A stretch of 64,000 nt of DNA, taken from the NCBI GenBank assembly GCA_965240325.2, contig OZ251251.1, positions 496,001 through 560,000 of the forward strand, in the 5' to 3' direction. This document shows, one piece after another, positions 22,201 through 34,582 of the stretch. The notes under the pieces are model-generated. The model was not told where the DNA came from and did not search any database. It saw only the letters and a list, made by a program, of their open reading frames with translations. The number at the start of each line of letters is the position of its first letter. The first letter of the stretch is position 1. The DNA is from Rebecca billardiae RCC1528 (lineage: Eukaryota > Protista > Haptophyta). The translations under genes were made by a program, and so were the position numbers.

Positions 22201-23195
22201 TGGCCGAGCACGTGCCCCAGGTACGCCAGCGGCTTCGCGCGCCAGTGCGGCCGCGCCGGCGGCATGAGCCACGCAACTGAGAGTAGACGTAGCGACATCA
22301 CCGGCACGACTCGACACAGCGTGCCGCGCGCGCCGCCGTGCGCGCGTGGCGCGTACGGCGGCGTGGCGCTGGCGGCGACGAGGCCGCGCGGCACGCCGAG
22401 GTCGCGGTCGGGCACGCCCGCGAACAGCTCCGCCACCCAGCCCTGCAGCTCGTCCAGCGACTCCCGCCCGTACACAGCCAGGCTCATGCGGTTAGCCGAG
22501 TAGTGCGCCGCGTAGAATTGGACGAGCGCCGCGCGCACGTCGACGCCGGCGGCGGCGGGGCGGTCGCGCAGCGTGGCGAGCGAGCCGGTGGCGAACTGCG
22601 CCGCCGGGTGCCCCGGCGTCGACAGCGCGCGCTGCAGCTGGAACAGCCGCCACGTGTCCGACTGCAGATTGTTGGAGTGTTCAGAGTCGACGGCGTGCAG
22701 CTCGCGCGACGTCGCGGCCTCGGTGAAGAGCGGCGCGACGAAGAACTGGGCGAAGCGGTCGAGCGCGCCGCGCAGCGAGGTGTGCACCACGTCGAAGAAG
22801 TACACCGTGTCCTCCAGCGCGGTGTACGCGTTGTGCGCGCCGCCGTTCGCCGCGAGGAAGTCGTGGTACGCCGACTCGTCCGGAAACTTCTCGGTGCCGA
22901 GGAAGAGCATGTGCTCGAGGAAGTGGGCGAGTCCGGGGAGGGAGTCCGGGTCGGCGAGCGAGCCCGCGCGCACGGTCATGCACGCCGCGCCCTTGTCCGC
23001 CTCCGCGTCGTGCACGAGCACGCACGGCAGCCGGTTGGGCAGCGTGACGTGGCGGTACTGCCGCTCGTCCGACGCCGGCTTGCCGATCGGCTCGGCGAGG
23101 ACGCGGAGCGGCGGGGCGGGCGCGGAGGCGGGCGTGGTGGGGCCGGGCGGAGGGGCGGCGCCCACGCCGCCGCCGGGCTCCATCGCGCCAGGCAT
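19292..23195 (-). CDS. IDE: Insulin-degrading enzyme-like M16A metallopeptidase (3 exons)
   Basis: KPASDERQYRHVTLPN, GLAHFLEHMLFLGTEKFP (HxxEH), NAYT, VDSEHSNN, GHESEGSL, QLRTTEQLGYIV. Exons 23195-21146, 20976-20045, 19822-19292 with GT-AG introns. Confidence 0.93.
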
Positions 23196-23526
23196 CGCGA
23201 GCTCGGGGAAGGGGGAGAGGGAGGCGGCGGCGGCGGCGGCGACGAAGGCCGCGGACGCAGCAAGGCGCGCGCTTTGCTGGGCGAATGAATGGCGCGAGCC
23301 GCGCCCCGGAACCACTGCTTTGGCCGGGGGCTCTCCCGGACTTCCAGACCTTCGTCAGAACTGCTCACCAGCTCTCGCTTTGCTGCTATGACTGCGCTCC
23401 GTCTAGTCGTGGTCTCGTGGTCGTCGTATGCGCCGTATACTACTTTTATACTATACTTTCTCCAGCAGCTGCAGCATACTGTATATGCCGCGTGCATGCG
23501 CCACTGATGAATCATGACGCTGCTGG

Positions 23527-24764
23527 TCAGATGTCGAGGACGGGGCGGCGCACGACCGGCTCGTCGGGCTCGTCGGCGGCGGGTGCCCTGCTGCGGCGCC
23601 CCGCGGGCAGCGGCGCCGTGCCGAGCGTCTCGACCGAGTCGACGATCACCACGTCCGCGTCGCCCGCGCTCTCGTTGTCCGACGAGCCGTTCGCGCCGTT
23701 CGCGCTCTTCGCCGACGTCTGCCGCCGCACGCCGGGCTCGTCAGTGCCGTCCACTAGCCGCGCGGCCGCCTGCCGGCTCGCGGCCGCGGAGACGCGCGTT
23801 TGCGCCGCCGCCGCCGGCGGCGCGGGCGCGGCGGCGCCGGCGCCGAAGCTGTCAGCCGTCGAGGCGGCGGCGACACCGGCGGCGGCGGCGGCCTCGGCCG
23901 CGGGCGGCACGGCGGCGGGGCCACCGATCGCGCGCGCGATCGCGAGCAGCTCGAGGTGCGACGCGCGCGCCTCGACAGCGATCCGCTCCGCATCCTGCGC
24001 CGTCGCGGCCGCGCGCGCCTCGGCGCGCCTCAGCGCGTCTTCGACCGAGTCCGCCACACCGCCGGCGGCGGCGGCGGCGGCGGTGGCGGTGCCGTCGGCG
24101 GCGGCACGCGGCGGCGGCGCGGCGAGCGGCGAGGGCTGTGCGCCGCCGCCCGGCGCCCTGCGGAAGCGGCTGCCGCTGAACGAGCTCGCGCAGCTGCCGA
24201 CGCCGCTGCCGGCGCCGGGCGCGGCGCCAGCGGACGCCTGCCGCCCGACCGCGCACGCGCCGCCGCCGCCGCCGCCCGCCGCCGCCGCCGCCTCCGCCTC
24301 GAGCAGCTGCTGCCGCACAAAGGCGCACGATGAAAGATCGCAGATGGCTGCGGCGGCGGTTGGGTCGATGAGTTGCGGCGTGGCCGCGCCCGAGGCCGAG
24401 CCCTCCATGAGCAGGCTGCGCGCGCGCGAGGGGGCGAGGGAGCGATGGCAGCGGCGCGGCGCGGGCGGGCGGGCGGGAGGCGCGCGGCGGCGGCGGCAGT
24501 GCGGCGCGGCGGCGCGCACGGCGCGGCGCACGGCGGCGGCACAGACGCGGGGCGTGAGTGCGCGCAAGCGCGGGCGGCGCGCGGCGCGCGGCGAGGCGCG
24601 CGCGTGAGCGGCGCGCACCGCTGCTCCACCGACGGCGGCGCGCGCGCGCCGCCCGCGCCCGCGGCGTCGCCCGACGCGGCCGAGAGCACCGTCGCGGCCG
24701 AGCCCGATTTTTGGAATTCCGAATTCTTCGAGTTTCGGAACCGGAGCGCGCCGCCGCCGGTGGC

Positions 24765-24798
<34 letters not shown>

Positions 24799-25325
24799 GG
24801 CGGCAGGCTGGCGATCGCGTCGAGCTCGGCGCCGCCGATCGGCGAGAAGACCGGCGACGCGCCGGGCGTCGCGCCCTCCACCACCACCTCCGTCTCCGCG
24901 CCGCTCGTCGAGCCGGCGCCGGTCCGCTTCGATATCCGCTTCCACTGCCGCCCCGCCACCGCCACCGACGCGGCCGCTGTAACCGCCGCCGCGTCGGACG
25001 TAACGGCCGAGAGGGGTCGAAGCGGCGGCGTGGCCGCCCCCGGCGTGGCCGGCGCGGCCACGCCGCCGGCCGCCGCGCCCGCGCCGCCGTCCGCGCCCTC
25101 CCCCGCCAGCTCGGCCGCCGCCGTCTTCACCTGCTTCCACAGCTGCGCCGTGTCCGCTTCCAGTGCAGCGGTGTCCTTGCCCTGATGCTGCGTCTTGTCC
25201 CGCGCGGTTGCGTGCGCCTGCAGCTCGCGCAGCGCGCGCTTCTTCACGCTGCGGGGGGCGCGCAGGGAGGGCGGGGGCGCGTGTGCGCGTGTGTGTGTGC
25301 GCGTGCGCGTGTGTGTGTGTGTGTG

Positions 25326-25357
<32 letters not shown>

Positions 25358-28300
25358 CGTGCGTGCGCGTGCGTGTGTGTGTGTGTGTGTGCGTGTATGT
25401 GCGTGTGCGTGTGTGTGTGTGTGCGTGTGTGCGTGTGTGTGTGCGTGTGTGCGCGTGTGTGTGTGCGTGCGTGCGCGTGCGTGTGTGTGTGTGTGTGCGT
25501 GTGTGTGCGTGTGTGTGTGCGTGCGTGCGTGTGGCGTGTGCGTGTCGCCAGCGCGCCGCCGGCTGTCGCCGCGCCGACGCGGCGCGCCGCCCGCCCGCGC
25601 GCCCGCGCGCCCGCGCGCCGCGCCGGCGCGCGCACCGGTTGACAAAGTCGGGAAACTTCCGCGCCACTTCCTGGAAGTCCTTGGTGGTGCAGAGGAAGAG
25701 CACGCCGTCCGCCAGCGCCTGCACGGAGTAGAGGTGGTGGCACTGCGTCAGCATGGCGATCTCGCCGAACGAGGCGCCTGCACACGCCCGGCGGCGCGGC
25801 GGCGCGGCGGCGCGGCGGCGCGGCGGCGCGCGGCGCGGCGGGGGCGGCGGCGCGGCGGCGCGGCGGCGCGGCGGCGCGGCGTGGCGCGGGGATGTGCGCG
25901 CGCGTGGAGCGGGGCGGCGTGGCGGGGCGGGCGAGCACGCGGTGAGCGCCCGCACGGCACGCGGCGCGCCGCCGCGCCGCGGCCACCCGGCGCGCGTGCG
26001 GCGCGACTGTCTATTAGTCGTCGCACAGCTTTACCCACCTGGGTAGAGCGTGCTAATCACCAGCGGCGCGTTCGGGTCGACCTCCGCCTCCGGCCCGGCG
26101 GCGGCGGCGAGCCCGCCGCCGACGCCGCCGACGCCGCCGCCGCCGGCCCCCGCGCTGCCGCCCTGCTCCTCCTTGCCGCCGCCCATCGCGCCCGCGCCGC
26201 CGCCGCTCGCGCGGAGGCCAAATCCAAACCCGCCGAGGCTGCCGCGCTGCCGCTGGCTCCGAAGCTTGGAGCGCCACGAGAGCGACTTGGACGCGCCCAC
26301 CTGCACGCCGTCGAGCACGGGCAGCGCCGCGCCCGAGCGGAAGTACGAGCGGCGGCGCGCCTGCTTCCGCCGCTCCGCGACCAGAGCGAAGATGCCTGTG
26401 CGCGGCGCGGCGCGGCGCGGCGCGGCGCGGCGCGGCGCGCGCGGCGTGCGCGGCGTGCGCGGCGGAGGCAAAGGCGGAGGCAACGGCGCGTCTCAGCACC
26501 GCGCGGCTCCGCACCGCGCTGCTGTGCGCTATGCGGCGCATCGCCCGCCGCCTCGCGTCCCCGCGCTCCCGCCCGCGGCGTGCGCGCGCCGCGCGGTGCG
26601 TGCGCAGGCGCGCGGGCGCACGCCGCGCACTCACTGGCGCGCGCGCACAGCACACGGCGCACAGCACACGGCCCGCGGCCCACACACACACACCGCACGC
26701 ACCTCTCTGCACGAAGTACATCGCGGTGGGCATGGCGCCCTTCCGGAAGATGAAGTCCCCTTTGAGGCACACCTGAGGCCGCAGCCGCCTCACGACCACG
26801 TTCAGAAAGTCGACGGACGAGTTGGCGAAGACGGGCACGTGCTCGAGGAAGGGGAGGTACACCTGCGGGCAGCGCGTGTGTGCGCGCGTGTGTGTGTGTG
26901 TGTGTGTGTGCGTGTGTGCGCACGCACGCACGCCAGCCGTGGCGGTCCGCGCGCGGTGTTGACCCCCCCCCACACGCCACACACACGCACGCAACACGCG
27001 CGCACGCACGCGCACGCACGCACGCACGTACACACACGCACACACACACACACACGCACACACACACACACACACGCACTCGCACACCTGCATGTACACG
27101 TCCTGCTGCACCGCCTCGGGCATCTTGCCCACGATCTCGTGCGGGTCGATCCCGCGGTTCAGGTTGTACAGCGACGCGGTGTACGAGGCGATCTTCTTCG
27201 AGAGCTCAGAGTCGAGGCCGTATGCGTGCGCGAACTTGTCGACCTGCGGCACAGGGCGGGCGGGGGGCGGCGTGTGTGTGTGCGTGTGCGTGTGCGTGTG
27301 TGTGCGTGTGCGTGTGTGTGTGCGTGTGCGTGTGCGTGTGTGTGCGTGTGCGTGTGTGTGTGTGTGTGCGTGTGCGTGTGTGTGCGTGTGTGTGTGCGCG
27401 CGTGTGCGTGTGTGTTGTGTGCGTGCGTGTGCGGGGGGCAGCGGGCGGGAGCCGTGTGCACAGAGAGAGAGTGGGGGGGGCGGGATGGCGCCGGGGCGGG
27501 GCGTCCGCTCGCACTGGCGCTGCCCGCGCGCCCCTTGCGACACACGCACGCACACACACACGCGCACACACACGCGCACACACACGCACACGCACACGCA
27601 CGCGCGCACACTCACCCTCTGCAGCCGCTGCGTGTGCTCCGCCTCGATCCGGTCGCGCGTGTTGATCGACGCGGTGATTGTGCCGAACACGGCCGCGTAC
27701 ATGACCGCCCCCGTCATCTGCACGCAGATGGTGTACATCTTCTCGGCGTTCGAGATGGCGAAGATGCCCGCGTACCTGCGCGCGCGGCGGCGGCGTCAGG
27801 GCGCGGGCGTGCCGGGCGTGAGCGCGCGCGCGCCCGAGGGCCGCCGTGCCGCGCGCTGCGCCGCGCGCTGCGCCGCGCGCTGTGCCGTGCGCTGCGCCGC
27901 GCGCTGCGCCGCGCGCACCCCATCGGCGTCATCGTGGCGAACGCCCAGTACAGAGACTCGACGTACTCGGTGGTCTGCCAACACAACACACACACGCACG
28001 CACACGCGCGCACACACGCATGCACGCGCACACATGCACACGCGCACACGCGCACGCGCGCGCGCGTGTGGGCGCGCGCCACAGAGGCGGAGGCGTCAGC
28101 TGTGGGGCACCGGAGCAGAACACGCGCTCGAGCGCGCGCCTGCACGCATGCGCGGGCCAGCCGGCGAGCCGCGGCAGGACGCACACGCGCGCGCGCATGC
28201 ACGCGCACGCGGCACGCGCACGCGGCACACGCGCATGCACACACACACGCGCGGGCACATGCCAGCGCGCGGCGCCGCGCCGCCGCGCGCCGCCGCGCGC

Positions 28301-29732
28301 CGCCGCGCCGCCGCCGCGCGCCGCCGCGCGCCGCCGCGCGCCGCACCGTCTCCCGCGGCACGCTGAAGGCATCCAGCCAGTTGGACGAGCCCCAGCCCGA
28401 GCGCGTCGCGGCGAGCAGGTGCCAGATGCACGCGACGAAGTGCGCCCACCACGCCCAGCACACGAGCAGCGCCAGGATCCGGGTGGGCAGCGGTCCGGTC
28501 GAGACGAGGTCGCCAAGCCGCTCGAATCGGACCAGCCTGAAAATCCGTAGCAGGGTAAATTCGGGGTAGGCGCCGGCGAGCAGCAGGATGAGCGGCGTCG
28601 GGATGCCGAGGAGGTCGACGAGCAGCGTGCGGCTCGCGTAGTGCCGCGCGATCTCCGAGCTGCGCGCGTGCGGCGCGACGGCGGGCGCGCGGCACGCACC
28701 CACGGCGGCGGCGCGCGGCGCGGCGGCGCGCGGCGCGGCGCGGCGGCGCGCGGCGGCGCGCGGGCGGGCAGGCGGCGTGCGGCGGAGGCGGGAAGGGCGC
28801 AGGTCGGCCGACCGGCCGCACCGCCGGGCGGGCGGGCGGGCGAGTGCCACGGCCCCCAGGGCCCGCGCGCAGGCGCGCTCGCGCGCCGGGCACCCATCCG
28901 CGCCGCGCTCCCGCCGCGCAGACCGCGCGCGGGCGGCGGGTGCGCGCGCGCGCGCGCTCGCGCGCCCGCGGCGCGTCGCGCCGCGCGCCGCCGCGCGTCG
29001 GCGCGCGCCGCCGCGCGCACCGCCGCGTCTCGACGGCGCCGTACGACATGTAGCCGACGTTGAAGGTGAAGAGGAGGTCGAGCATGAAGACGGCGTCGCC
29101 CGTCTGCGGCCGCGGTCGCGAGGGCGGGCGGGCAGTCAGCACGGTCCGGGGGAGTCCGGGGGAGTCCGGGGGAGTCCGGGAGAGTCCGGGGCTTGCTGGC
29201 GCGCGCCGCGCAACCGGCTGGGTGTCTGGCACGAGGAGCGCGGCGGGCGCGCGCGCCCCGCGCGGCACGCTCTGGCGCACACGCACGCACACACACACTT
29301 GCACACACGCGCGTGCACACGCACACGCACGCGCGTGCACGCTTACACGCGCGTACGCACTCGCGCTTACACACACACACATGCACGCACACACACGCAC
29401 ACACACACACGCACACACACGCACACACACACACACGCACACACGCGCACACACACACACACGCACACACGCGCGCACCCACTGCGTGACGTTGAGCGGC
29501 ACGCGGAAGGTCGACCTGTCGAGCCACGGCCCGTGATCGTCCTGCTCGTACGGGTACGACGCGTCGAACGGCGAGTACAGGCCCGCAAAGAGCGCGACTG
29601 TGGGGCGCGTGCGCGCGCGCGGGGCGTGCGGGGCGTGTGTGTGTGTGCGTGTGTGCGCGCGTGCGTGTGTGTGTGTGTGTGTGCGTGTGTGTGTGCGTGT
29701 GCGTGTGTGTGTGCGTGTGTGCGCGCGTGCGT

Positions 29733-29763
<31 letters not shown>

Positions 29764-29810
29764 CGTGTGTGCGCGCGTGCGTGTGTGCGCGTGTGCGTGT
29801 GTGTGTGTGT

Positions 29811-29843
<33 letters not shown>

Positions 29844-31401
29844 CGTGTGTGTGTGTGTGTGTGTGTGAGTGTGTGTGCGCGTGTGTGTGTTGTGTGTGTG
29901 TGCGTGCGTGCGTGTGTGCGTGCGTGTGCGTGTGTGCGTGTGTGTGCGTGCGTGTGTGTGCGTGTGTGTGCGTGCGTGTGTGTGTGTGCGTGCGTGCGTG
30001 TGTGCGGGGCGCGTGCGCGCGCGGCCGGAAGTCGTCGGCACCCCGGCGCAGCGCCGGCTCAGGTGGCACCCACCCCGGCGCAGCGCCGGCTCAGGTGGCA
30101 CCCACCCCGGCGCAGCGCCGGCTCAGGTGGCACCCACCCCGGCGCAGCGCCGGCTCAGGTGGCACCCACCCCGGCGCAGCGACGGCCGCTAGGCGCGCAC
30201 ATCCGATCACGACCGCATCCCAAAGCCGCTTCATCGGATGGTCCGGGCGGATGATCAGCCGCTGCGCGCGCTCGAGCGACTCCGCCGCGTGGCCGAGCTC
30301 CGCATACGCGCGCTGCGGGCGGCGCGCGGCGCGCGGCGCGCGCGCGCACGCACGCACGCAGCGCGCGCAGCGCGGCGCAGCGTGGCGGCGTGAGCGCGGC
30401 GGCGCGCACACAAGTATGCGCGATCGCGCGCGCACCGCCGCGGGGCCCCACTGCCCGCGCTGGCGCACTCGGCCTGCGCCAGCGCAGCCGGCCGGGCCGC
30501 CACGACCCACCGGGCCGGCGGCGGCCCGCGCGACGGCGGGCGGCGGCGGCGGCGCGCGGAATCGGCCCGCCGGCCGGCGGCACCGCAGGCACACGCGCAC
30601 CTGTTCGAGCAGCGCCTCGTGGAGGCGCTGGCCGCGCACGGACTGCTCGTGCTCGACGGGCAGCTCGGGGAGCGGCAGCGCGCCGCCCGTGTCCACGCCG
30701 AAGATCGAGCGAGGCGCATTGGACTCGCGTGAGGGTGTGATCGGCCGGTCTGCGCCGCCGCCGCCCTCGCCGCCGCCGCCGCCGCCCGCGGTGAGCCGGA
30801 GGGCGTTGCGGATCTGCGAGGCGCCGCCGAGCGCGTCGGTGGAGGAGGGGCGCGGGAGCGCCGGCCCGCCGCACACCGAGCCGCTGCGCTTGCGCTCCGC
30901 GCCGCCCGCGCCCGCGCCGCCGTTCGCCGGCGGCACAAGTTGGTTGCCGGAGCCGCGGCGTCCGGGGCCGGGCGCCGCGCCGCCGCCGCCGCCCTGCGCG
31001 CCGGGGAAGCCGCTGCTGCCGGCGCGTCGGGTGGGCGTGGTGGGCGTGCCCACCGGCACCCACGTGGGCGCCGAGTCGTCCACCAGCGCCGCCGGATTCG
31101 CGACGAGCGGCCCGGACTCGGACTCGCGCTTGCGGCGGCTCGGCGTCGCCGGCTCCTCTGCACTCGACTGCGGCGGCACGTGGTTAGGCCCGCGCTTGGG
31201 CGTGGTGGCGTAGCTCACGCGGGAGACCGGGTCCATCTTGTCGCCGCTCGACCGCGCCGCCGCCCTCGGCGCCGACGCCGACGCCGACTCGACGGGCACG
31301 GCGACGTCGGCGTCGGTTCCGCGGCCGCCCGTCTCGATCGGCTCGGGCGCGACGGTGCGCTTGCTGTGCGGCGGGAAGCCGCGCCACGGCGGCTCGGCCA
31401 T
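23527..31401 (-). CDS. 6TM cyclic-nucleotide-binding(-homology)-domain cation channel, ~13 exons
   Basis: IIRPDHPMKRLWD, DAVFMLDLLFTFNVGY, IARHY..LVDLLGIP, S4 LLRIFRLVRFERL, AHFVACIWH, YVESLYWAFATMTPMGYAG, C-linker, CNBD VCLKGDFIFRKG..MYFVQRG...SFGEIAML. C-terminal exon boundaries approximate. Confidence 0.9.
30037..30181 (+). repeat. Intronic minisatellite, 32-bp unit x ~4.5
   Basis: ggcacccaccccggcgcagcgccggctcaggt repeated almost perfectly. Confidence 0.9.
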
Positions 31402-32218
31402 GGCGTCGCGGGGTGCGCGTGGGTGTGGGGCCTGCGCCCCGACGCGCGCGAGGGGGAGGAGCCGGGGCTCGTGTGCGCCCGCGCTGGCGGCGGCGCCGAT
31501 GCCTCCGGCGGCGCGCGGGGGGCCGCCTGGGCTCCTTGGCTCAAGCAGCGAGCCGCGCGGTGCGGTGGGCGCGGCCTCGCGGGGCGCGGCCTAAAAAAGA
31601 GTGATGCACAGCCCGCGAAACGGAACTCGTTTCTGGTCATCACGTCGCGAATTGATGAATGGAGCCCCCGAATGGTAACCGTACTCACCTGTACTCACCT
31701 ACGCCAGGGGCGCCGCAAAGCGAATCGCGAGACCCTGAGTGCCCCAATCAGGAGGCTGACGGTAATAAGTACACGAACCCGGCTGGCTTGCATGATTGCA
31801 TCAAGCATTACCATGTTCTCGTTATGGGGGCATCTACTGGCGAGCGGCAGGTCACCCTTGCAGGCCATGGACACGGGCTGAACGACGCCCTCGGCCGTCG
31901 GCCGAGACGCGTTGACGCCGAGTAACACTGGACACATCAATACAGACGTACGCATGCGTTGGTAGGCGAGTGGGTGCGCGCTCCAATCCTGCTGTTGGAG
32001 TCCCGCCACGACGCCCCCCGCCCCGTGGACAGCGCGCGGCACGCGGCCCGGGCCTGCCGGCTGGCCTGTAACCTCGCGCGGCACGGCGACTACTTCAGTC
32101 AGACCTCCGGAGACAGCGCCTCGTAGACACTTGAAAACGCAAAGGCCTCCTAGGAGCATCTCGCTGCGTGCTCGGCGTAGCGGGGCGCGCGGCGCACCCT
32201 GGACTGCGCGAACTCATA

Positions 32219-34174
32219 CCAGGTCGTTCCCCCTCACCCCTGCACTGGGAATCCGCGGTTTGGACATACGAGAAAAACAGCCGCAGGACGCACCCGTCGC
32301 TACCCGCGAATAAGATTTTCAGGTCTCGCGGGTGCGGATGTGCGTCAATCGATGAGCTGGTCTCGCAATCCCAAAATTGAGCCGCAACGAGATAGAAGGC
32401 AGGGCGGAGCCCCCGGTGGCGGCTCGGCAGGCGAGGGCCGACCAAATCTTGACCTTTTGCCCTCGGCGGCAGGCGGGCAGCGGCAAGGCGGCCGAGCGCC
32501 GTTGGCGGGGCGCGCCCGGGGCACGCCGCACGGCGCTGCGGGCGCGGATGTGCTCGCGGAGCCGGCTTGCGTGGACAGGCTGTCGCGGGAGAGTATCTGG
32601 CGCCCTCCTGCGCCGCGCGTCTCGCGCCACGCCTCTTTTCGCCGCGGCTCAGGGCAGCGCGCACGCGCGCGCCGCCTCGAGGCCCGAGCACTGCCGCGCC
32701 GCAGCCAACCGCGCGCGCGCCGTGCGCGGCGTGGTCGGGAAGGAACGGGGGGTGCTGCCGGGCGAGATGACGACATCATGTGCGCACGCCATGCCGCCCC
32801 GCGGCGCCGCGAAAGGGCACGATAACGGATCCGCACAGCTGTTGACGAGTGCTGCTTTCTTGTCGTGCCTGAAGCCAGACCTGAGCTCGAAGAAGATGAT
32901 GAAAGTGCATCCGCGCGAGGAAAGCGTCGCACCCAGCACTTCTACATGACCACGCAGTGATGAACATTCATGTAAGAGTTTCCCGCGTGCCCGTCTGGCA
33001 CTGTTCTGTGTCTCAATGATCGTCCCGACAAGGCGGTCACGACCGCGAGGCCGCGTGCACACCATTTGTGACAACTCGAAGAGGCGTGCAAACGGACCGG
33101 CGACACGCTCGGCAAGGCGTGGCGGGGCGGCATGGCGTGCGCACATGATATCGCCATCTCGCCCGGCAGCCGCGCCCGTTCCTTCCCGACCACGCCGCGC
33201 ACGGCGCGCGCGCGGTCGGCTGCAGCGCAGGCAAGGCTGGCCTTGAGGCGGCGCGCGCGCGTGCGCGCTGCCCTGAGCCGAGGCGAAAGAGGCGTGGCGC
33301 AAGTCGCGCGGCGCAGGAGGGCGGCAGATACTCTCCCGCAACAGCCCGTCCACGCACGCCGGCTCCGCAAGCACATCCGCGCCCGCAGCGCCCTGGCCCG
33401 GGCGCGCCCCCCAGCGGTCACGACCGCGAGGCCGTGCGGCACACCTGACACCATTTGTGACAACTGGAAGAGGCGTGCAAACGGACCGGCGACACGCTCG
33501 GCAAGGCGTGGCGCGGCGGCATGGCGTGCGCACATGATGTCGCCATCTCGCCCGGCAGCACCCCCCGTTCCTTCCCGACCACGCCGCGCACGGCGCGCGC
33601 GCGACCGGCTGCGGCGCAGGCAAGGCTGGCCTTCGGAGGCGGCGCGCGCGTGTGCGCTGCCCTGAGCCGAGGCGAAAGAGGCGTGGCGCAAGTCGCACGG
33701 CGCAGGAGGGCGGCAGATACTCTCCCGCAACAGCCCGTCCACGCACGCCGGCTCCGCGAGCACATCCGCGCCCGCAGTGCCCTGGCCCGGGCGCGCCCCC
33801 CAGCCGGGGCCAGCGGCATCGCACTCGTGCCCGGCCGCAGCCGCAGGGGGCGGGTCAGAATCGGTGCTCCGCACCCGCGGCGGAGGGCTCCCGCCTCCAG
33901 GTTGCACACGAAGAACTCATTTCCAGCGCATCGATTTCGTGAGCGGACTATCGCTGACGAGGCTGATTACTGCGTTCCACGGCTTTGCCGCGCTCGGGAT
34001 TTGGCTTCTCCAATGGATGGATCTAGTTTCGTCATTTTCAATTGGAAAGCTCGATTAGATCGTTCAAGTGGTCTGATAGACGAAGCGGAAGACTAAATCT
34101 GCGTTGCTATGCCGCGGCCTCGCGCTCTGAATAGGGCGAAACCGCGGATTCCCAGTGCACGGGGAACGACCTGG
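32219..34174. mobile_element. TA-flanked Tc1/mariner-like non-autonomous element containing a nested foldback element
   Basis: TA|CCAGGTCGTTCCCC..TGCACTGGGAATCCGCGGTTT at 32217-32261 is the inverse of 34139-34176, which ends ...CGACCTGG|TA. Confidence 0.75.
32401..33900. mobile_element. Older diverged relative of the 53838-54944 foldback element, with one arm tandemly duplicated
   Basis: Left arm ~32500-32801, spacer ~32802-33122 (inverse homolog of 54233-54549), right arm present twice (units ~33035-33413 and ~33414-33800). Ends approximate. Confidence 0.8.
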
Positions 34175-34582
34175 TACCGCCAAGCCGCGGGCGCCCCAAT
34201 CGGCATCACCTGCGTGCGCGCGTGTATGCCCAGGCGAGCGTGTTGACGTGCCTGCCGGCCGATCGCGCTCGAGTGGACGGGCGCTGGTGCCCACATCACA
34301 CGATGGGGTGGATTTGCGTGATGAGATTGCGCGCGACTCGGCCACCGCACCGCGCACGCATTCATCTCGTCGGCGCGTCGTCCGCATTTTTTTTCCGGCG
34401 GGAGCCGGGAGCAAGATCGCGGCTACCACAAATCCATAAGCCGTTACTTTTGTGGGCCGAGCGGGCGGCCGGGGCGGCCATCGAGCTGTTTCGGGGCGCT
34501 CGGATCGATCGACCGCCATCGCTCGAGCACGCGCCGGGCTGCCCGAGGGGCCGCTGGCGCGAGCCACGCGCAGTCGGGAGCG

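Noticed and set aside
30037-30181. 32-bp repeats resembling a CRISPR array
   Set aside because: Head-to-tail with no unique spacers, intronic, no cas genes.
24030-30254. Long ORFs rich in HT/CV/RA dipeptides
   Set aside because: Translations of stop-free intronic (CA/TG)n arrays; the real exons belong to the spliced channel gene.
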